Positions 52,541-64,000 of a stretch of 64,000 nucleotides of DNA are shown piece after piece; position 1 is the first letter of the stretch, and the number at the start of each line of letters is the position of its first letter. The stretch spans positions 11,904,001 through 11,968,000 of the forward strand of contig JAQFVV010000006.1 in assembly GCA_028023455.1 (NCBI GenBank), given 5' to 3'. The notes under the pieces were generated by a model, which was given only the letters and a program-made list of their open reading frames with translations, had not been told where the DNA came from and made no database searches. A program made the position numbers and the translations under genes. The DNA is from Epiperipatus broadwayi. Its lineage: Eukaryota > Animalia > Onychophora.

Positions 52541-53761
52541 ATTTGATATAAAATTTTTTATTTCTGTTATTATTATTATTTATTGAAATATGATACTATA
52601 AATATAATATAAATCAAAATTTTGAATCATATATATATATATATCCATTACAATTTTTAAAATATTATGTAAAAAATATAATACATATGAGCAAAACATT
52701 TGAATTCTAGCATTTTCTAGTAAGTTAGATATCATGTATCTTTTAAAATTTTTATTTTTTTTCAAAAGAAAAACCTCTTTTTATTGAAATTGTTTTTTTT
52801 TTTTAAAAAAAAACAACGACAAATAATTATTATATAACTTACATGTCACGATAAGTAAAAAAAATGCTGATAAGAAATGGATAATAACTGCATCAAAAGA
52901 ATCAGGACATGTGTTCGAACCCGCATCTGCAAAATTGGTTTGTACTGAGAGGCAGCAAAAAGTAAAGGGGGCTTACTTTACTGCAGAGGACTCCTTCACC
53001 ATTAATCGTAAAGAAGCATGTTTTGCTATTTCAAAAAGATGATCTTAAGGACTCATTTGCATAGAATTTGCATATTGTATTTATATAATGACTTCAAAGA
53101 ATAAGTCATAACTGGCTATGATTATGAGAAGTACATCTTCTTGAAAGCGCTCAGCCATTTAATTTATTTTTCTATTTGTTGTTACAGCTTTACGAAAGTG
53201 TAATAGCACGATTTATATTATCATATATTGTATTTATATATCGGACTATTTCTATCATCTAATATTATTAAGTATTGAATAATAGAAATAGTCCAATATA
53301 CACTTAAAATACTAACATCACAAATCTTCAGGAAAACACTAACTACATATATAAATAATACTTCTGTTAATATATAACTATAAATATAATATAACAATTT
53401 GTCAATTGTTAAAACAGATAATCTTTAATATAAATAAAATAAATTAATAACTAAATAACTAACTAAAAAAATAACAGGATAAAAAACACCAGATTAAAGA
53501 ATCGTATCTTTTACAAAATTCATCTTGTGCTATGCATTCAAAATTAACCATCTTTCCGATTAGTTGTTCCTGGCCATTGCAATGAAATGTTGAATTTATC
53601 GCATAGGACAAAATATAATATTTTACATTGCCTTGATAAGAACTCATAAGAGTTGAAAGCATTTGACAATAGTTAGTTATTTGGTTATTAATTTATTTTA
53701 TTTATATTAAAGATTCTCTGTTTTAACAATTGACAAATTGTTATATTATATTTATAACTAC

Positions 53762-54107
<346 letters not shown>

Positions 54108-54673
54108 TTAAGGGAAAATAGATGTGAAGCATTATGGATTCTCCTTTCTTGGAGTCAGAAATCTATTAGCAATATGCCCAGAGAAACTTGTTACATACCT
54201 TACCTCCCTTTCCATTCCCCATCCTGTTTCCCCATATTCTTCTCTATCCTGATGTGGTGAAATAAAAAGAAGCAAGCTTATGTTGTACATGGCTAAATAA
54301 TTTTAATTTGAGCATCATAAACATAATGACACTATGATTGAAATAAGTTATACTCTTGATGCAACATTCTATTAATTTCATTACAAACCAATTTGAATAA
54401 TATCGCATGAACATCTCCATTAATTTTAAGTTTGCTGTAATAAATATCTACAATCCATATAGAATTTCTGGATGATAGGTGAAAGTAGATTCGTCTTTTA
54501 TATGCATCAAGGATTCTTTGATTCCAAATGACTCTGCATTAATATAGATAGTCTTGGTTATCTATTGCTCTATTTATTACAAATCATTAGTGTGGTATAA
54601 TTTGATATTTACATATTTTGTTTTTGGTTTATTAATAAGATTATAAAAATGAAGCCAAAATGAATAAGCTATA

Positions 54674-55511
54674 CAAGCGGGTACCCAGAAGTAACTGGAC
54701 ATTTATAATAATAATTGTTTATTTATTTTTAAGTCATAAATTTAATCACTTTACATTTGATGCAATACACAGGTTTAAACATGTTTTTATTTTTCAAAGT
54801 AGTCCAGATGCCTTTTAACACTTGTGGCACTTTTTCTTCACCACTTCTAAGTTCGCCAAAAAAGGAGACATTTTTTTTCATTCAAGAGATTAAAAAAATT
54901 GTATGAAGTAAGACTGAGCAAATATGACTGATAGATAAGCTAAGTTTTGCTGAACTTAATTAAAAAAAGTTTTACATTTAAGGCTTTGAGAGATGTCACT
55001 TTGTCAGGGTGGAATTTGCCCTCTTTCCTTTGCCACAAAATGGGATGTTTACATTTTACAGCATCACTTAAATGTTTCAGAACATGAAGATAAAATGCTT
55101 GACTGATATAAAGTAAATCTGAGAGAAAAATGCCATTTGCATAAAAAAATCATGTTTTGACTGACATGGTGAATTTAACATTTCAATTAAAACACTCATA
55201 AACTTGTGTTGTTCCAAGATCAGCTTGCTTGTAATCTGTTTCAAACATTACAACTATTTTCCTTGCCATTTTCTATAAATGAAAACAGAATTACACATTA
55301 TTTGAACTTTTGAGTCATTATAAAAATTGATAAATATGTCAAATGCACTTTATAAAAAATGTGCTCCATGTTGCCACATTTTCACATACTGCTGTCCTCT
55401 GACAGAGTGATGGAGAAGGGTTCCTGCAAGAAGTGTATTACAGTAGAAGCTTATACCACAGCAGATGCAAACACCAGAGAATGATTTTGGTTATTTTTGA
55501 GTCTCCCCTTG
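54674..55511 (-). mobile_element. Internally deleted mariner (Tc1/mariner) element
   Basis: TA|CAAGCGGGTACCCAGAAGTAAC ... GTTATTTTTGAGTCTCCCCTTG|TA imperfect TIRs with TA TSD. A minus-strand remnant resembles the WxKCxxxxGDYFEK C-terminus. Confidence 0.85.
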
Positions 55512-55520
55512 TATAGTAAT

Positions 55521-55619
55521 TTCCTTTTTTTAATGTATCAAATGCATTGACCAGGAAATGAACCCAGGCCAGCTGCTTGGAACACAGCTATGCTAACCAC
55601 TAGGCCATCAATGCTTGAC
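55521..55619 (-). mobile_element. tRNA-Gly(TCC)-derived SINE
   Basis: GCATTGATGGCCTAGTGGTTAGCATAGCTGTGTTCCAAGCAGCTGGCCTGGGTTCATTTCCTGGTCAATGCA; TSD ATAGTAAT. Confidence 0.88.
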
Positions 55620-56864
55620 ACATAGTAATGGCCTTTGATTTAAAGTTTATTGTAATAAATCTCATTGCCTAGTCTACTATCCATATATAGATAGTGGGTG
55701 GAATGCAAAAATAAATTCATTTTTCATCTGAAATGAGTTTACTTTGATATTAAAGGGCATTGCAATAATATAATTGGTATTTTAGTAGGAAAGGTATTAC
55801 TCCAATTATTATATGTCATTAGTTCTGTGTAAATACACACATACACATAAAACTGCCTTGTAATCAGATTGAAGATACTCTGTGTTGATAAGTGATGGCT
55901 GATTTCAAATGAGAAAAATCAGTTTTATTATTTTAATAATAATGGGTAGTAATGGAGTTGGAGAAAGTTTTGAAATAATTATTTATTAGACTACTTTCAA
56001 AACAGGTTGTAATTGCCTATTTAATGAGGTTTATTTAAACTTTAATAAATTAAAACTCTCAGTTAGTTGCAGTCCGAATGAAAAACTTTAATATCTATAT
56101 TAACTTCTTAGCAAAGAGATACATTTGATATCACTTGTATATATAAAAGGTTGCTACCTTCATGTGATTTACATACACACATATATACTATTTCATTAGT
56201 CATTAAAAATTAATTTCTTTCATATTAAAAGAAGTTAAATTACACAATGTATGTTAATATGTTTAAAAAAATCTTCAACAACCTTTGAGTTAGATGACTG
56301 TCAGTTTGAGAATATGGGTCAATTTACACACCTTGGTAGCTTTTTAGGCAGAAAGATGAACTTGAATGTTCTAGGATGCTGTAATGTTAGCATCATCATC
56401 ACCAGAAACTACAGTCTCAGTGCTCATATGTGTATAATCTTCCTTCAAACAACTCCCCAGTTTTACCTCTTCCAAGGCTACTGAGAAATATAAGATACTT
56501 CCACAAAATTCTTTAATATCTGTCCATATTACTTTAAGCATTTATCATTTATTTGTGAGAACTATGTAATAATGAAATGTGGAAATTTTAATTTGCCATA
56601 TATGACAAATATTTGTAGCTTCATCTCAATAAATTTCTTTCAACATGGATGGACTCGAGTCTCAATTTAATGCAACATAAGTGTTTCTAAATATAAATTC
56701 AACAAAATTTTTATTGGATTCACTATTTTTAAAACTTCTTCACTGAAAACATTTAATTTCATTTAATTCTCAACAACTTCTTCAAATGCCAAGGTTCATT
56801 TTATGAGTTAAAAATAATTAATTCATCATAGTGATCTTATGATTTCAACTGATTCAATTTACAA

Positions 56865-57110
56865 TTTATTCAGTGTACTTTAAACACTATTTTATTATAC
56901 ATATATGAATACACAATCTTACATTTCGACTGTCCTGCAGTCTTCTTCAGAGCCACTTTTACTTAAATTTTTTAAAAGTAAAAAAAAATAAAAAATTAAG
57001 GTAAAAGTGGCTCTGAAGAAGACTGCAAGACAGTCAAAATGTAAGATTGTGTATGCATATATGTACAATAAAAGATTTTTGCTAAAAAGAGTTTAAGTGC
57101 AGTGAGTAAA
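56865..57110. mobile_element. Hammerhead-like family 3 inverted pair
   Basis: Minus copy CUGAAGA-A-GACUG-cagga-CAGUC-GAAA-UGUA (56918-56952) and plus copy 57011-57046 (G12 lost), on ~110-bp inverted arms. Confidence 0.75.
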
Positions 57111-57664
57111 TTTCATTTATTTAAATGGATTCAAAATATGTCTAAATTTAAGATATGACTATTAACTAGTTGTAAATTGAATGATTTCACGATCAGTAAT
57201 ATTTAACAGAAATAGTAGTCTTACTCAGTGAAGAATTTATTAGCTTCTCCTTCCCAAATCAAATGCTTTAGATTTTCCTATATAATTAGAAAAATAGGTT
57301 GAAGATAAGAGTGGCCACTCTTATCTTTATAAAGTAGAATCTTGCTTTAAGATTTGTAGTGGTCTCTCTTGTAATAAAATTAAGCACACAAGGCACATCT
57401 ACTAAGATTATAGCCTTATTTAAGTATAAGACATAATAACAAAATAAAGAAAATAATGAATTTGGTAATATTTCTGATTCAATTTAGTTTAAGTAAAAGG
57501 CATGGATTCCTTTCCCATCATTGTAACATAAAGGCATTGGATTTTTTAAATTTAAGAACACTTTACAAGATTCTAAATAAACAATAACAAAAACCGAAGA
57601 CTAACCTATACATGCTTCAACTTGTTAAATGTAAGACTATTGATTCTATTATTTATGTAAACAG

Positions 57665-58275
57665 AGAGGTTTAAACTTAGGATTTTTCAGTCTATATTCA
57701 TCCTTTACTCTATCTCAAACAACTGATACACATAATCACATATATGTGAAAAAGATAGATCATCCCCATGTATTTCATGCAGAACTAGTGCTCATCAGTT
57801 GGACCAGATTATAATCTCCCATACATATATACAATCAATGCTCAGCTTATATTAAGATAGCAATTCCTTAAACTTTAATGGACAGGCTTCAATCTTCTCA
57901 CCCTTCCAACTATTCAACCATCCATTTCATTAAAAATCTGACAATGGACACTCAAAGCCCTTCTAGGATTTGATATTGTAGTCATACCCATGTAGACATT
58001 ATTTCAATCTACATTTCAATGAAATGGTTGGTTGAATAGTTGGAAGGTGAAAATATTGAAGCCCATCCATTAAAGTTTAAGGAATTGCTATGTTAATATA
58101 AACCAAGCACTGACTGTATATATGCATGGGACATTATGATCTGGCCCAACTGATGAGTGTTGGTTCTGCACCAAATATGTATATTAGGGAGCATCTATTG
58201 GCATGTATGTGGTCATGTATATCAGTTGTTTGAGATGGAGCGAACAAATATAGACTGAAAATCGTAAAGTCAAAT
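57665..58275. mobile_element. Hammerhead family 1 inverted pair R/S
   Basis: Minus copy 57680-57995 and plus copy 58010-58265; same subfamily as the 34.9-kb pair. Confidence 0.88.
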
Positions 58276-58798
58276 CATTCTACTTATATATATATAATAA
58301 ACCTTTAGTACACTGAATGAATAAGTTGTTTCATCCTTGTAAAAATCCCATCTTCACTAAATCACAAATCAACCTTAACAACTTCTTAAAAAGAACCAGA
58401 GGCAAATATGGGAGAGACAAATTCTCACATTATAAAAATTATCGCAAAGACAAATGGAGAATTACAGTTAGACAATATCTTAAGTCGTTCCAAAAAAGGA
58501 AAAAAATCACTGCAAAGGTTAAAAGATCTCTTAATAAAGATTTGGGTTTAAAAGCATTGATTTTATAGAAATGTATATTTTTGTTGGTAAAACGTATCAA
58601 TAGAGGGCATAAGGGTGATGAGATACAATTTAAAATATGAAAGTTATTTTAATTAGAAAAATGATGCAATTGTAATAAATTTTTAAAAATTATAGTAGAT
58701 ATTTTCTACATTCATTGAAATAAAAAAAATAAATAAATAGTAATACTGATTTAAAATATTGTTTTATAAATTAAACTTTTAAAAGGTCTGAATAAATA

Positions 58799-59047
<249 letters not shown>

Positions 59048-59049
59048 GT

Positions 59050-61400
59050 TTCAAAAGGTACTTTATTATTTTCTTTGGTTTACATAGTTTCTAATTACAT
59101 TGTATTTACAATTTGATTCAGTTTTGGTTGACTTTTCTTTAAACATAAGTTTTTTTCCTGGTGGCTACTTGTTCCTTATTCTATAGTTTATAAATAATGC
59201 TTCAACCTCAGCGTTTTCAGTTGTCTTTGTTTTGAATTTCTTATAGTCTTGATTTTTCATTTAACAGTGACCAAGTTGCAGCATATAAATCTGGTCTAAC
59301 AATAGTTTTATCTCAATCTTTTATTTGTATTAGTTTATTAATGAATGTGGCTGGATGACGTTGAGTATTTTTCCTCATTATAAAGCTGCATCTTGTGCAC
59401 CAAAAAAATATAGGACAAATGTAGATGCCCTAATGTTTGGTATCACTCGACTCTGATATGCATTAATAATTTGTTCCATCACAGTGTTTCTCCTTCTATA
59501 TATGTTGCATGCCATTTGTCTTATTTTTTGCCAAACCTTCACAGTTGTAAATTAGTTGTTCAATTGTTTCTTCAGCTCTATGGCATAGTCCACAAAATGG
59601 ATCTATGTCCCTATACATCCTTTTATAGTGGAGAAAAAAGGTTGTGGGCATAGCAGTTAGGTTCATTTTTATTATAAAATTGAAAAATTTAGGTTCCAAT
59701 GCCCATCGCTTGAATTGTTTAACCATTTTTTTGTTATCGATTCCCAACATTGGTGAAGGTTCATTTACATTAGTTTCTTTATTTATCAGGTTGTATATTT
59801 CCCAATATGAATATTTGTTCTCATATTGTTCGGGTATGTCCTTATTGGTTTTACGTTGATAAATTATGGATGAAATGTATGATCCCGGTGGTGGTGGTCT
59901 GTCAGTAGGAGTAACTTCAATTAGGTGTTTTAGTTTTGGGAATTGTTTCATACTTGTAATAATTGCATTCCTCAAGTTTTGTATGTGGAAGATTTCAACT
60001 GTGTGGAGACCCAGTCCATTATTTATCAGTGGTTGAGACATTTTCCTATTCGATATGGCAACTGTCTTTTTGGACCAGAGTAATTTATTACATATTGCTT
60101 TGATTTTTTTAATGAAAGCCTTTGAGAATTCGATAATTGGCTAATAATAGGTGATTTTTGTCATAATTAGTTGGTTAATTAACTGCACTTTCGAGAAGAC
60201 AGACATATAAGTCTTTGAAAGGGAGTCAGCAATTCTTTTTATTTCTTCCTTAATCCTATCTTGGATTTTTACATCTCATCCCCATGATTCCCAAATGAAA
60301 TGGGAAACCCAGGAAAGATGTTGGTTTTGATTGATAGATCATCACACATGGTTTTCCTGTAAATAGAAACCATGCTGAAGTTTTTGCTTGGTTGAATTTA
60401 AGCTTATAATGTGCAGTGTATTCTGTAGCTGCTGAAGTTGTGGAATTTGTTTTTTGGATGAGAGAAAAACTGTAATGTCATCCATGAATGCTAAGCAAGC
60501 TATGTGCTGTGTTGTTCCAGGTATCTAAATCCCATCAAATGTTTTCTGTATCTTCTTAGAGGATTGATGTAGTATATAAAAAGCAGTGCACTAAGTGGTG
60601 ACCCTTGTGATAAAGACTGGTTTGGTGTGAAAGATGGTGAATTTCTTCCATTGATAGATATATGTATTTCTCTATTGATAAGTAGATTCGCAATGATATA
60701 TAGATGGGTTCTAGGAATGTTGGTGCTTTTGAGCATTTCCAGCAAAACTTTAATATTAACTGAATCAAATGCAGCCTCAATATCCAGTTGAACTACAATA
60801 GGTGCATATTTCTTCTTATGTCTAATTGATGTGAGTACTGCTGCCTGTACTGTTGATGATCCTTTTTTTGCATGTTGTGCTTTGGAAATTAGTGGTAATA
60901 TATATTGTTCAATTTTTTCCTTGATCACCTTCTCTATTATTTTTATGGGCCTATTGATATTGGTCTTAAGTCTGCAATGGCAGGAATATTTTTTTGTTTT
61001 TTATTGTATGGTACAATTGCAAGAGGATAAGTCCCTTCTATGTTCTGAATTTTTTGCTTTAGTTGATTGGCTAAGTTACAGACATATTTTGTTGTGAATT
61101 GGCTTAAGTGTTTCAAAACAAACAATGGGATTCCAGGGCTACCTGGGTGGCAAGCTTCAGTATATTAGCTAGTTTTTTTGCAAAATCATCTATGGTAAAT
61201 GGTCTCTCGGTTTCAGGGATCCCAAATATGTGAGATGCTATTGAAATGTTTTCATCTGATTGCAGCTTACTTTTGAAATATTGATAGATTGGACGGATCA
61301 TATTATGACCTGTATATGTTCCATCTTTTGACTGTATTGCTATTGGTATTTTGATTTTTAGTGGGTTTCCTAGGGCCCAATTAATGTATTCCCTTGTCCA
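59050..61400 (-). mobile_element. 5'-truncated L1/Tx1-like non-LTR retrotransposon (RT + C-terminal zinc knuckle)
   Basis: DLRPISI, QLDIEAAFDSVN, SQGSPLSALLF, AFMDDITV, KFNQAK, QPLINNGLGL, CGLCHRAEETIEQLIYNC; frameshifted. Confidence 0.88.
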
Positions 61401-61434
61401 TGGGTGTGGCTAGGTGAGACAAATTTTATTTTTT

Positions 61435-61455
61435 TAATAATAATAATAATAATGA

Positions 61456-61504
<49 letters not shown>

Positions 61505-61528
61505 ATAATTATTATTATTATTATTATT
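61435..61528. repeat. (TAA)n/(TTA)n microsatellite
   Basis: Direct sequence. Confidence 0.95.
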
Positions 61529-64000
61529 CTGATTGTGAAATGTAAAAACACAATACTTGTTTTTGAATTTTTTTTAATTAATTAAAACATGTATGTTTTC
61601 AAAGGGATTAGAGAGATAAAAATAAAAACTCTGTTTTCAATTAAGGTGTTATTATCACCTTAGATGATTCTATAAAAGGCTGATAACAAAATTAGCTCAA
61701 GTCTGGATAGTGATTTTTGAAGAGAACAGTCTGAATAATAATTTTTGTAAGAACGGTCAGCTGAAAAGTTGGTTACAATATTTTGCTGCAACTTGATGAA
61801 ATGCAGCAGTTGGTTTTAGCTGACCATAGAATTTTCAGAATAGCTACCAAAAACTGATATAGATGTAGGCAAGATAGTAGACTGTTTTCCTTAGCAGGAG
61901 TTTGAATTTACATGGAGAAAAATGACCCACTTCTTTGCACTGAAATTCATAGCCTTAAATGTGGAGAAGACAGTTGCTTGTCTGAAATCTATCAAACCAA
62001 GTCAGCTGCTTGCCTGGAACAGTTCTACACAGATGGAAGACCAACTATGGACCAACATTATACATGGGTTATACTTTTTCCTGATGATGCTGATCCCTAA
62101 AACCAAACTTACCAGGGAACCCAAGCTTCCTGAAGAATCCACTATATATATGTTGATGTATCTAAAGGCAGAGAAGAACAGATAAAAATATATACAGCTG
62201 TGGTGAGTAAAGTTATATATGATAATGAAATTTTAAATAATTTCTTTAGTAAAATTACATTTTGAAAGTGATGCATGAATTTGTACTTTTTATGTTTATG
62301 TGGGTGTATAGTTAAATAGGGCTGTCTGGATGCTCCGAAGTATAGGATCGGCACTGTCTAGACCTAGATGTTGAGCTCCCAGAGTAGTCCAGCAGTGAAT
62401 ATATATAGTCCTCATGAATAGACCTCATTTATACCCCTAAGTCTCACAGAAATGAGCAGGGTTGGCTCAATGCCTTTTTTATGATACTACTCTTTGAGGA
62501 TGATCTGTCTAGGTACTTAGAAGGGGCAGTGCTTAAAAATGAGGTATTTTCTCATGATGTTGTGGAGCATTGGGTACTTGATAGTCCATGCTTGGCTATC
62601 TACTTATCATGGCATGGGGAGTGCTGTTCATGTATTCACTTTTCCTACCTCACCTTGCCTACTTCATCAGCATTATTAACTCATTAAGCAGAAAGATGTC
62701 TTAAAATTTATATTTTTTTTTATTCTATAAAACGATATTAGTTTAAAATCGTTTATTAAAGAAGAAAAAACTGTTTAAAGTTATATTTATAATTTAGAAG
62801 AAAAAAAAAGTACAAACAAAGTTATAATTAATAGTCAAGAAAAAGATTTCCAAAAATCTTTTAGACTAGGAAAAAGAAAGACATTTTAAATCAATTAACT
62901 GTCAAAAATTTGATAGTTCTTATTTTAAAGAAAAAGAGTATATTCAGCAAAGTTATTAAATTGCGAAAATAATCTTTCATAATTTTATTGTAGATAAATT
63001 AATGTTTTGCACGTCTGTGCAAATTATATATACGTGTTTCAGTAAACCTAGTATATAAAATATATTTCATTTAACTGAAACTTCAATCATTTATTGTATT
63101 TTATATAATTTAAGATTTTGATAATTATTTTGTAATAAGTCAAATATGTTTAGAAAATTCATGCACATGCACATATGTGTGCGTATATATGTTAATTGTA
63201 TTGTAAATAACAATGTGTGTCAGATAGACACTTATATGTAAATGTTTGATCATTTTTTAAAATTAAATGTAAATTCAAACATGTTTATTTTGTATCAAGC
63301 CACATGCCTGTGTGCTGAATGGGTTTTAAGTAAACCTAATTTATTAATCATGTAAATCAATGTAAAAATTTTAGTGTGTATATAATTATGTATACTTTTC
63401 AAAATCAGAATCCTATAAGACCTTAAATATCATTTATTTTATTGTTATTAATAAACTTATTTAATTGTTAAAAATTGTTTCCATCATCTCTTGGTCACAT
63501 ACATTAATAGAGCTTGTGTTCTCTGAGCTAGATTCATGCACGGGATGAATATATAAATGGAGATGTGTATTCAGTGCTTTTGGGGCATCCAGCGATGATC
63601 AATTATCATTCTGGTTGGTGCAAAAGAGAATACTCTTTAAAGCACATGCACTATTATCTTTTATTTTACTTTAGTCTTATTAAAAGTTAAGTTATAGTTG
63701 GCCAGTATATTAATGGTACTTAAGTTGCCAGAGCATTGATGATGATCAGCATGTTTTAATGTCCCAGCATTATTGTTTGATTCTTATGTATTCTAATGGA
63801 TGAGCACTTAGTTTATGCCTCCGAATTAATGGTTAAATAATTGCCTAAGCTGAAAAAGGCTCAATAGTTAGCCTGGTCTATAGCCTGGTCTACAGAAGAC
63901 CCATTTCCATTCCAGTCACAAGGTTGACTGTTGATTTATATTTTTTATTGTTCACTTCCAGCCATGAGATGGACTGTTGATTTATTGTACTGATTTATTT

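Noticed and set aside
62635-62670. Minus-strand CTGATGA...GGAAAA
   Set aside because: No plausible stem II, stem III or cleavage triplet.

Overview
AT-rich, repeat-dense eukaryotic (metazoan, plausibly arthropod) genomic DNA. The only well-supported host coding sequence is a minus-strand terminal exon of an LHFPL/TMEM211-like tetraspan gene (11696-11922). The rest is intron/intergenic DNA with decayed transposons: RTE LINEs, an L1/Tx1-like LINE, Penelope-like (PLE) RT/GIY-YIG remnants, a hAT (SPIN/GTF2IRD2-like) transposase, a mariner, tRNA-Gly SINEs, MITEs and microsatellites. The most notable signal is a non-coding repeat family (monomer about 445-480 nt; 18 motif copies counted by eye) carrying a minimal type I hammerhead ribozyme, consensus CCAA-CUGAUGA-GUGCU-gguuc-AGCAC-GAAA-UACGUA-UA-UUGG. 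It shows compensatory stem I changes between subfamilies and a palindromic stem III. Most copies sit as head-to-head inverted pairs, some as partial tandems. This fits a retrozyme / PLE-pLTR-derived system with ribozymes on both strands. At least two further hammerhead-like repeat families are present. All alignments were done by eye, coordinates of decayed repeats are approximate, and no ribozyme activity has been shown.
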